A stretch of DNA of 64,000 nt, from IMG/VR virus record IMGVR_UViG_3300027969_000058, positions 32,001 through 96,000 of that record. One strand, written 5' to 3'. Source of the stretch: a virus. The notes below the pieces were generated by a model, which saw nothing but the letters and a program-made list of their open reading frames with translations, ran no database searches and had not been told where the DNA came from. Each line of letters opens with the position of its first letter. Within the stretch, counting starts at the first letter, position 1. Made by a program: the position numbers and the translations under genes. Below are positions 1 to 7,653 of this stretch, piece by piece.

Positions 1-428
1 AATGTTCTACTAACCGTTGTGCAGATAGTACTGGCAGTGCCAATTGCACATAGTTTAGGACTAATTCTCGATTTCTTTTGTTCAAAGGCTTTCCAAATAT
101 CAAATTTTACATCAGATGAGCCTTCAAGAGTAGTGCCAATAACTGCGGTATTCTTAGGCAACTTTAACCCATGGCATGCACGTAGGGCAGTTAACACAGG
201 CAACTTAATTTGACGAGTCATGTATAATTCATTAAACCCCAATAACTGTAATTCTTTGTCAATTTCTTCAGTAGTAGCAGGTACATCATATTTGCTTAGG
301 CCGCTAACTTGCTCTTCGGTATATCTTGAAGAATTTGCAGCATTGCCTTTTTTGTAGTTAGCTACTGAATCTGTTAAATTTAATCCATTAGCGTCGATGA
401 TATCGAGTGCGTTAATAATTATAGTCAT
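1..428 (-). CDS. Partial ORF running off the left edge; beta-ketoacyl synthase (FabB/FabF) N-terminal-like protein
   Basis: Manual translation from ATG at 428 (MTIIINALDIID...YMTRQIKLPVLTALRAC...TAVIGTTLEG...KKSRISPKLCAIGTASTICTTVSRT) is open to the window edge and resembles the KAS N-terminal pattern (R..kl.l.Aa..A / gv.iGt..G / r.isP......n.....vs). Not in the ORF track; catalytic Cys lies outside the window. Confidence 0.45.
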   Translation of the reverse strand, partial: MTIIINALDIIDANGLNLTDSVANYKKGNAANSSRYTEEQVSGLSKYDVPATTEEIDKELQLLGFNELYMTRQIKLPVLTALRACHGLKLPKNTAVIGTTLEGSSDVKFDIWKAFEQKKSRISPKLCAIGTASTICTTVSRT

Positions 429-435
429 AGTAATA

Positions 436-1029
436 TTAGTTAGGAATGCCCACAGATTGCTTAATAGTATTCATAGTTTGAATAGGGTCGGTTGAAAGTT
501 TAATTTTTCTACTCCACTTGTTCCATTGTATTTCTGATGCAAGTAGGAAGTGATTATATGTGCCAGTTTTGATTTCGTACTCAGCAATGGCAATCGGTAA
601 ATCATCGGCAGTATCAACCAAACTGTTTAACAGTTCGCCCACTTCTCCAGTTTCTTTATACTTGTCAATTTCTTTACGATACATTGGCACAAGGTCAACA
701 CGACCAAACATATTAGTTGCACGTACAAATCGCATACCTGCTACAATTCGAGAAAATTGCTCAAGACATTCTGCTCGGTCACTTAGCAATTTAATTTTAG
801 ATTTAGCGTCATCTGAAAGATCTGATTGAGCCGACTTAAATTGTCTTGTAATTTTAAGTTCCCACATGTGTATGTTTTCTTCAAATCCTGGTGGAAACAT
901 TTTCCTTGACATAATCTGCCACGAAAATTCTTCTAACTCAGCAGGGCAAGTCAGTGCTGTGTAATCAGCTATCCTTGCTACCCTGCCAGTGTCTATGTCT
1001 ACATAGACTATCTGCATATCTGTTGCCAT
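436..1029 (-). CDS. Hypothetical protein (197 aa)
   Basis: Long ORF abutting its neighbours; no motif recognised. Confidence 0.7.
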   Translation of the reverse strand: MATDMQIVYVDIDTGRVARIADYTALTCPAELEEFSWQIMSRKMFPPGFEENIHMWELKITRQFKSAQSDLSDDAKSKIKLLSDRAECLEQFSRIVAGMRFVRATNMFGRVDLVPMYRKEIDKYKETGEVGELLNSLVDTADDLPIAIAEYEIKTGTYNHFLLASEIQWNKWSRKIKLSTDPIQTMNTIKQSVGIPN

Positions 1030-2055
1030 TTAATTTTCCTTCATTCTTTCTATTGTTTGATCTTTATTTAAAAAATTCCATTCTTCATCAATTGCCCAAT
1101 TAAAATCATTGCTGATGAATAAATTTTGCAAACTGGGTAATTTTAATTTATTCATGAACGATTGATCTTTAGTGTAGTCTACTACATATTCTTTTGCAAT
1201 GTACTTATAGCTGTGCCACGAAGTTTTAATTTTTTTATCGTGATTATGTATGCTCCAAACTTGGAAATCCGCAGTATCAAAAAAATGCAATAATTTGTGC
1301 TGCCATTTACCGGGATTAGTCCACGACTTGCTTGCAAATATTCTTAATTGCACATGTTGCCATTTTTGCGTAATATTTAACCACCAGCAAAAATCAAATA
1401 CGGTTTTAATTTTAAAAGGAGCTTCATCGACTATGGGTCTATGTTTATCAAAGTATTCGAGCGCAGTAGCACGGTCAATTGCGGAGTACATCTTTGGTGC
1501 GCCAGTTTCATAATCTTCAAATAGTATTTCTTCGCCTTGCTTGGCTGTACTGATTGGAACATCGGATCCTAAAATTTGATCACCTAATTCACCGGTTACT
1601 ACATGCCCAGATGCTAACAATGGTTCTATTTTATCCGTGCTTATTTCAATTTTAAATTTTTTTGCAATAACTATAAAGAAGTTTTTGTTTTCTTTAATAC
1701 TATCGTTGTTACACAGTACAGTTACTCTTTCTAAATCAGCAGTAGGCCAGGTCCTAAGGATTGCAGTAATTACAACCGTGCTGTCTATTCCTCCGCTCCA
1801 CATAACATATAACTTACCGGGCAATTTTAGTAATTCCATTGCTCGTTCGTCACATGCTGTTGCAAACGTTTTGTTATGGTTTGGTATTTTTAATATATCA
1901 GAGATTGGGGACGACAGGCATTTAAAATGAAATGCATCAGGTTTGTAATTTAATCTACTAACTCCTGTGAATAATGGGAAGACTGGCATATGCCCTTTCG
2001 GTAACATGCCAGGTAGTTCAACAGGATTAAGATATAGTAATAACTTAGTCGTCAT
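1030..2055 (-). CDS. PP-loop (asparagine synthase / adenine nucleotide alpha-hydrolase-like) ATP pyrophosphatase
   Basis: VMWSGGIDST PP-loop and VTGELGDQI motif as in asparagine synthase C-terminal domains. Confidence 0.65.
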   Translation of the reverse strand: MTTKLLLYLNPVELPGMLPKGHMPVFPLFTGVSRLNYKPDAFHFKCLSSPISDILKIPNHNKTFATACDERAMELLKLPGKLYVMWSGGIDSTVVITAILRTWPTADLERVTVLCNNDSIKENKNFFIVIAKKFKIEISTDKIEPLLASGHVVTGELGDQILGSDVPISTAKQGEEILFEDYETGAPKMYSAIDRATALEYFDKHRPIVDEAPFKIKTVFDFCWWLNITQKWQHVQLRIFASKSWTNPGKWQHKLLHFFDTADFQVWSIHNHDKKIKTSWHSYKYIAKEYVVDYTKDQSFMNKLKLPSLQNLFISNDFNWAIDEEWNFLNKDQTIERMKEN

Positions 2056-2107
2056 ACTAATAGTTATCTTATTAACTATTCAGTACCTTATTAACTGAAT
2101 TACTGCC

Positions 2108-2133
2108 AAAAAAATAGACCCCGAAGGGTCTAT
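2108..2133 (-). terminator. Rho-independent terminator after tmRNA
   Basis: ATAGACCC-TTCG-GGGTCTAT followed by a T run on the minus strand. Confidence 0.9.
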
Positions 2134-2521
2134 GGTTGTTTATTTTACAAGGTAAGTCCTACCCCGGAGTTGCAGTTTCTTAGGCTGCTAATTCAAAACC
2201 TTCGTTATTGCTTGCGAAAACATTAACGTTGGTTTCAAAATACTCGAATGTATTTGCTGTTGCATTTACTTTGATTTGCTTGATTTAGAGTCATCGCCTA
2301 CTCAGTTGCCGTCTCTAACTATTTGCCCAATCGATTACCAGAGCAGGCCCAACTAAGTAGTCTCGCACCAACTGGTGGATATAGCGAGAATCGACCTCGC
2401 ATTTTATAGATTCGGAATCCATCTGTCCTACTTGGACGATATACCCGACACTACTTAGGTGGACCTGGCGAGATTCGAACTCGCGTCTTGAACACATCCT
2501 TTTTGAAGGGATTACAACTAT
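2134..2521 (-). ncRNA. ssrA: Circularly permuted (two-piece) tmRNA
   Basis: The acceptor piece comes first (T-arm GCGAG-TTCGAAT-CTCGC, then CAGGTCC-A-CC, ending ~2458). After an intervening segment, the coding piece starts GGGCCTG at 2350 and pairs with CAGGTCC including G3.U70. Tag frame 2263-2180 follows TAAAT-GCA and encodes ATANTFEYFETNVNVFASNNEGFELAA-stop. Confidence 0.88.
2373..2446 (-). tRNA. tRNA-Arg(CCG)-like gene nested in the tmRNA intervening segment
   Basis: Cloverleaf: acceptor GGGTATA/TATATCC + ACCA, D stem GTCC/GGAC, anticodon stem ATGGA/TCTAT with loop TTCCGAA, T stem GCGAG/CTCGC with atypical loop GTCGATT. Confidence 0.7.
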
Positions 2522-2527
2522 ACGCTT

Positions 2528-2556
2528 ATTATAGCGCATTGTATTTAGCGTGTCAA
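2528..2556 (-). promoter_or_regulatory. Consensus sigma70 promoter for tmRNA/tRNA (also contains a TAAATA box)
   Basis: TTGACA-17 nt-TATAAT exactly. Confidence 0.9.
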
Positions 2557-2557
2557 C

Positions 2558-3199
2558 TTATTGTTTTGTCAAAAGCTGGACAAAGTCTAACAGTAGTTCG
2601 TGATGTTGACCAAGATGATACTTGCCCTGCATCCAGCTATAGCCGTCATACCAAAACTGTTCGCTTTCAGGATGAGCACCTATTAAGCCTATACGGTTCT
2701 GTATAATAGCCATTGGGTCATCATTAGCATACTTGGCAATGGTGTCATAGTAGCCTGCGCCTGTAAAAGCACAACCGTCATACCAGAACATGGTCATTGG
2801 TTTGCCTAACCATTCTATCTTTATGTTCTTAGCATGTGGTCTGCGGGTATCTGTATTTGGTTGTGTAATATACTGTACTGCATCTACACCTTCTAATATA
2901 TCAAAGTAGTGTTTGCCTGCCCAATAGGCGCCCATACATATGCCAAGGTAATAGCCGCCATCAGCTATAAACTGTTTAATGCGTTCGCCACTGTATTTAA
3001 ATGCTCGATCAAAGCTACCAGCGTCGCCAAAGCCGCCAGGAACTGCTACAATGTCTACATCATCAAAAAAACCGTCTTCTAACTCGTTGATACCAAAGAT
3101 TTTAAAATTATAATGGTCCCTAAGAGCTCGGATAATACCATTGCCTGACTGTACTGAACATTTCGGATCATACAAAAACAGGGCAATAGTAGGTTTCAT
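2558..3199 (-). CDS. Class I glutamine amidotransferase-like protein (biotin-protein ligase N-terminal, BPL_N type)
   Basis: VAVPGG, GGYYLGICMGAY nucleophile elbow and HPE motif. Confidence 0.75.
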   Translation of the reverse strand: MKPTIALFLYDPKCSVQSGNGIIRALRDHYNFKIFGINELEDGFFDDVDIVAVPGGFGDAGSFDRAFKYSGERIKQFIADGGYYLGICMGAYWAGKHYFDILEGVDAVQYITQPNTDTRRPHAKNIKIEWLGKPMTMFWYDGCAFTGAGYYDTIAKYANDDPMAIIQNRIGLIGAHPESEQFWYDGYSWMQGKYHLGQHHELLLDFVQLLTKQ

Positions 3200-3200
3200 A

Positions 3201-3344
3201 CTACTTGGTTAGTAGCTTAAACAATGCAAGTTCTCTTGCATCTTCCTTTGCGCTTAACGCAACTTCTTCTGCGCTTGGTGTCCAGGCTGATACACAAGCT
3301 GATGCAAATACTGCAACGACAAATATAAATGATGTTAATTTCAT
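3201..3344 (-). CDS. Small signal-peptide-bearing protein (47 aa)
   Basis: MKLTSFIFVVAVFASACVSAWTPSAEE...; AGGAG upstream; exactly fills the intergenic gap. Confidence 0.55.
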   Translation of the reverse strand: MKLTSFIFVVAVFASACVSAWTPSAEEVALSAKEDARELALFKLLTK

Positions 3345-3345
3345 A

Positions 3346-4047
3346 TTAACTCCTTTTGAATTGTTTGATAGCAGATTTAACTAAACTATCAATGCTATTT
3401 ATTAGTGGGATATTACCCTGCTGAGATTCTCTCACTGCTAACGGTATCTCTGTACAGCCTAACACAACTGCGGTTGCTCCGCGAGTAATTAGACTATCTA
3501 CTACAGACATCAACATTGCGTGTGATTTAATCATGTCACCTGCTTTGACTAAATCTATAGCAGGCTGTACCAATGTATCCATTTCTTCTTTAGTGGGTAC
3601 TATACAATCCCAACCTTGTTTATTAAGTTTGTATTGATACAATCCTAACTCAATAGTTGCCTGTGTGCCCATTAGTCCAACTGTAGAATTTGTTACATTT
3701 ACATCTCTTAATGCATCAGCAACGCTGTCTACAATGTGTATGATAGTAACTCGAGGATTTTGTCTAACTAATTCACTATACCAAAAATGTGCGGTATTAC
3801 ATGGAATAACAATTAAGTTGCAACCTGCAGAAAATAGCCCCTTAATTCCAGCTAATAGATAAGGTAACGGCTTGTCATCTTTATTAAGTAAACTTGTGCT
3901 GCGATCTGGAACAATAGGGTCACTCCATAACACAAAAGGTATGTGGTCTTGGTCACAGGTAGCAGGAGTTTGTTGGATCAATCTAACAACATACTCGGCA
4001 CTGGCAGCAGGACCCATTCCGCCAAGTATGCCTAATCGTTTAGTCAT
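3346..4047 (-). CDS. Aspartate/glutamate racemase (PLP-independent)
   Basis: LGILGGMGPAAS, IPCNTAH and LGCTEIP catalytic Cys motifs; start reassigned to MTKRLG at 4047. Confidence 0.92.
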   Translation of the reverse strand: MTKRLGILGGMGPAASAEYVVRLIQQTPATCDQDHIPFVLWSDPIVPDRSTSLLNKDDKPLPYLLAGIKGLFSAGCNLIVIPCNTAHFWYSELVRQNPRVTIIHIVDSVADALRDVNVTNSTVGLMGTQATIELGLYQYKLNKQGWDCIVPTKEEMDTLVQPAIDLVKAGDMIKSHAMLMSVVDSLITRGATAVVLGCTEIPLAVRESQQGNIPLINSIDSLVKSAIKQFKRS

Positions 4048-4099
4048 AATACAATCAATATGATTATTAAAATACCAACGGCTATGACTGTAGGGAGTC

Positions 4100-4702
4100 T
4101 CATTTTTTGAATAACAATGATGAAGCAATGATCAGTGCTGTTTGTGCGGCTTCTACATCAGTGGGCTGTTCTTTCCACCCTACACTAATTTGTCCAATGA
4201 ATACACCAGGTTCTGCCGGCACACTAATACGACACATATAGTTAACACCATTGTCTTTGTAGGTAAACCCAATAAGACTCTGTGGTTTTGTATACGGACT
4301 ACAGGGAATTTTACCAGACATTAGGCCAATGACATCATTGTTGTTATCGTAGTTTTTACTAAACAACCCAACATCTAAGCCATTGTGGTCTTTTATCTTC
4401 CCACCATTGCGTGTGGCCAAGAACGCAATTTTTCTTGTATTTGATAGAGTGTTAACTTCCATGATAGACACAAGTTCTATGTCTGTATGTTTTATTAGAA
4501 AGTTGTATGCTTCTTCATATTTGCCATTCATCTTTGGCATGGCTTGTTGAGCACGGTAGCTGGCCATAAAGGCATCTTTTTCGCTGTAGGCTACCCATCC
4601 TAAAAAAGTGAATAGGCAAAGGAATACAACAGTGAATAGGCGAAATGGACTTTCGCCTATATAAGTCAGTAACCCAAAGAAAAAATCTTTAAGTTTGTCC
4701 AT
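4100..4702 (-). CDS. Single-TM protein with periplasmic domain, T4 gpT holin-like
   Basis: N-terminal TM followed by ~160 aa; the C-terminus (NYMCRISVP..PGVFIGQISVGW....AAQTALIIASSLL) parallels the T4 T C-terminal GAF-like domain as recalled. Confidence 0.5.
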   Translation of the reverse strand: MDKLKDFFFGLLTYIGESPFRLFTVVFLCLFTFLGWVAYSEKDAFMASYRAQQAMPKMNGKYEEAYNFLIKHTDIELVSIMEVNTLSNTRKIAFLATRNGGKIKDHNGLDVGLFSKNYDNNNDVIGLMSGKIPCSPYTKPQSLIGFTYKDNGVNYMCRISVPAEPGVFIGQISVGWKEQPTDVEAAQTALIIASSLLFKK

Positions 4703-5963
4703 CCGCAGTTACCTCTTTATCGCAGACAAATGCTGTAACTGCTACGTTGCCGTGTACGTGACTTGCTGTGCGAATCATATCCATCAATGGGTCAACTGCA
4801 ATTAACAATACCAATACTGCTTCGCTTGGTAATTTTAACAAATCACAGACAACTGCCACTGTGGCAACTGTGAGAATACCTGTTGTACCTGCTGATGCTA
4901 AACCTGCTAAGATACTGCCAAACAACACCACCAACAATCCAGTAACTCCCATAGGTGCACCGTAGATGTTGGCAATAAACACTGTGGCAATTGCGTAATA
5001 AACAATACTGCCAATGCGGTTAACTGTGAAACTTAGTGGCACAGTTAATTCTACACCAGTTCTTTCAAACTTTAACTTGTGTAGTGCTTCTTGTGCGTAT
5101 GGGATACAGGCTAAACTACTGCGTGAACTAATAGCAACAATCAGCGTTTCCTTAGTTTCTTTAATAACAGTCATTAGGCTCAGGCCCGAACGTTGCCAAA
5201 TAACAATAGTACCAGCAATGATAACCAGTAATCCACCAATGGCCTGTTGCATGATAAACTCAACCATGGTCAAGAAAATACCAACACCCACTTTACCAAC
5301 TTGGCTACTGATCATTGCTAACAGTGCAAACGGTAGAAAATAGTTTAAGAACTTAAAAATACTGATACTGGCCTGTTGAACGCTTTTCAACATGTCCACT
5401 AATATTTCCTGTCCTGTACTTTTAATGTTGCCTAAAGCAATACCAAAGATTAAACAGAAGATAACAATCTTCAAACTTTCACCAGCGGCTAATGTATTAA
5501 AGATATTTTCTGGAATAAACTTCTGTGCCATTTGCATTGGGTCAACGTGCGGTGTAACGGGCATCGGTTCTTTTAATGTAATGTTAAGATCACTTCCAGA
5601 TTCTTTGTCGTTAACAATTGAACCAAGCTGTGCTTGTTTTGCAGGAGTCATTTCGCTACCAGTCAACGCAACAGTACCAACACCAATAACTGCGGCGAGG
5701 AACATACTGCCAACAAAGCCAATGATAATTTTGCGTATCATTGCGGCACTGCCTTCTTTTTGTAGTAGACTAATAACACCAACTAAAATAGTTGCAAGTA
5801 AGAAAGGTATTACCACAACTTTAAGCAAGCTGATGTAAATTCCCCCAACACTTTCAAAGTTCATACTTTGTGCAGGTGCATACACTCCTGCCAATACTCC
5901 AAGTATGATTGACCCTAAAATAGTCCACGGACTTGATAAGAAGTTTTTTAAATTAAATTTCAT
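4689..5963 (-). CDS. Dicarboxylate/amino acid:cation symporter (DAACS, GltP-like)
   Basis: Multi-TM; IPENIF, SSRSSLACIP, PLSFTVNRIG and DPLMDMIRTASHVHGN motifs of the DAACS family. Confidence 0.9.
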   Translation of the reverse strand: MKFNLKNFLSSPWTILGSIILGVLAGVYAPAQSMNFESVGGIYISLLKVVVIPFLLATILVGVISLLQKEGSAAMIRKIIIGFVGSMFLAAVIGVGTVALTGSEMTPAKQAQLGSIVNDKESGSDLNITLKEPMPVTPHVDPMQMAQKFIPENIFNTLAAGESLKIVIFCLIFGIALGNIKSTGQEILVDMLKSVQQASISIFKFLNYFLPFALLAMISSQVGKVGVGIFLTMVEFIMQQAIGGLLVIIAGTIVIWQRSGLSLMTVIKETKETLIVAISSRSSLACIPYAQEALHKLKFERTGVELTVPLSFTVNRIGSIVYYAIATVFIANIYGAPMGVTGLLVVLFGSILAGLASAGTTGILTVATVAVVCDLLKLPSEAVLVLLIAVDPLMDMIRTASHVHGNVAVTAFVCDKEVTADGQT

Positions 5964-5975
5964 TTTGTTTCCTAA

Positions 5976-6827
5976 TTATTTCGTTACAGGAGCCGGAGTC
6001 TTTTTCTCAGCTTTGTATCGATCCATTAACTTCTTTGTGTCAATGTTACTGTATTCAGTTCTAATAACATAGTTAACTATGCTGAGTAGTTGTACTGAAT
6101 TAACATTTGCAGCCACAGCAATGTTATCAATGGAGTCGGAGATAGTCACTGTTTTGGTAGTGATTGCTGCCTCGGGCTTTTCAAATGAAATTTTCTTAAT
6201 TTCAAACTCATCTCTATAGCCAGCGGCAATTGCGCCGTTGGTTACATTATTGATAATTGTATCCCAACTATCTTCGGGAGTATATACAGCTTTGGGGAAA
6301 TTTGCACGGGCAAATGTATCATAACTTGAATTACGGACAAAAGATATCTTTCCGTTAAATGTTCTAATCACTTCATACACTTCTCGACCTTGTGAATTTT
6401 GACTCAACCAAAGACGATTAATAATCATTGCTTGTTTAAGTTTGATATAGGGATCGCTAAATCTAACAACTTGTAAACGTGGACCAGTTACAGATAATTT
6501 GCTCACAGCAAGATCTGCACGGCCGTCACGAACCTGTTCTACAACTTCGGCGAAACTCTCTGCGTCTCGTCTAAACTGTACAGGGACTCCGATAATTACA
6601 CCAATTCGGCGTGCAATTTCAACGTCAAGTCCTCGAATGTCGTCACCTTCACCACTGAAGAATGGAGGAACGTCTTTTTTAGTCATAGCAATGATTAAGA
6701 CGTTTTTCTTCTTAATTGCTGCAATGTCTGTGGGTAGTGGTACGGTTGAACCAGCCAGTTGGGCAACAGCGTGTGCTGAAGTAAGGCCGGTAACCAGTAC
6801 AAAGAGTAATGTGAGTAGTTTTTTCAT
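5976..6827 (-). CDS. Periplasmic polar amino-acid substrate-binding protein (SBP family 3)
   Basis: Signal peptide; PPF, GLDVEIA..I, GRADLAVS.LSVTGPR...VRFSDPY. Confidence 0.9.
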   Translation of the reverse strand: MKKLLTLLFVLVTGLTSAHAVAQLAGSTVPLPTDIAAIKKKNVLIIAMTKKDVPPFFSGEGDDIRGLDVEIARRIGVIIGVPVQFRRDAESFAEVVEQVRDGRADLAVSKLSVTGPRLQVVRFSDPYIKLKQAMIINRLWLSQNSQGREVYEVIRTFNGKISFVRNSSYDTFARANFPKAVYTPEDSWDTIINNVTNGAIAAGYRDEFEIKKISFEKPEAAITTKTVTISDSIDNIAVAANVNSVQLLSIVNYVIRTEYSNIDTKKLMDRYKAEKKTPAPVTK

Positions 6828-6888
6828 AGTAAGTTATTTATACTATAAAATCAAAGACTTATTTACAAATAGATTACGTGTAGCTGAA

Positions 6889-7488
6889 TTACTTGTTTGC
6901 TAATGGGTTATCTATAGCCTGTTTGATTTTCATATCAACTTCTGCTCTTAATGCTCTAATTTCAGATTGTTGTTCTTTTTGGTTCTTAACAAGTTCGCGA
7001 TTAATGTCTTTTAGTGTGGCATCAACATCACGCTTAATTTCCTTCACAGTTCCATCAACATCACGCTTGATTTCCTTCATGCCTGAATCAGTTAAACGTT
7101 GATCTGTCTTGCTTGAACGCTCAACATTTTCAACCACGCCCTCTAATCTACGAACATCGCCCTTTAAATCTATCTTGATGGTATCAGTATATTCAACCAT
7201 TTTGCTGGTGTTGGCATCCAACACTTCCATCTTTTTATAGATTTCAGTCAAGTCGGGTGTGACATATTTGGCAATTTTATCCTTCATGCCCATGTAGTCT
7301 TTGTACACTTCAAATACTCCATACAATCCACCCAGTAGTGAACTTACTAAGGTAGCTGCCACCATTAGTTTAGCTGGTGTGAATTCATACCCACCAATGC
7401 TGATGACTGTGTCTTTACTGGCATATTTCTTTACAGCCGCTTCAGCTTCGTCAATCTTTGTATTGACGTCTTTAATTTCTTCTGTCAT
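6889..7488 (-). CDS. Membrane-anchored coiled-coil hypothetical protein
   Basis: One TM followed by a heptad-rich region with a duplicated KEIKRDVD. Confidence 0.75.
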   Translation of the reverse strand: MTEEIKDVNTKIDEAEAAVKKYASKDTVISIGGYEFTPAKLMVAATLVSSLLGGLYGVFEVYKDYMGMKDKIAKYVTPDLTEIYKKMEVLDANTSKMVEYTDTIKIDLKGDVRRLEGVVENVERSSKTDQRLTDSGMKEIKRDVDGTVKEIKRDVDATLKDINRELVKNQKEQQSEIRALRAEVDMKIKQAIDNPLANK

Positions 7489-7653
7489 TTTTTGCTCCTA
7501 AATTTTGCTCTGCTAACATCTTGACCCATGCTTTTTTAGCTTCAAGCGTATCTTTAGCATTTTGTACTCGTATACTGCCTCTCGATATAATGCTTGATGA
7601 TGACAATCCTAATCCAATTCCTACAATTAAAAAAGCAATATAATATTCCATCG

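Noticed and set aside
2315-2539. 74-aa minus-strand ORF
   Set aside because: Overlaps the tmRNA/tRNA structures and its start lies inside the promoter.
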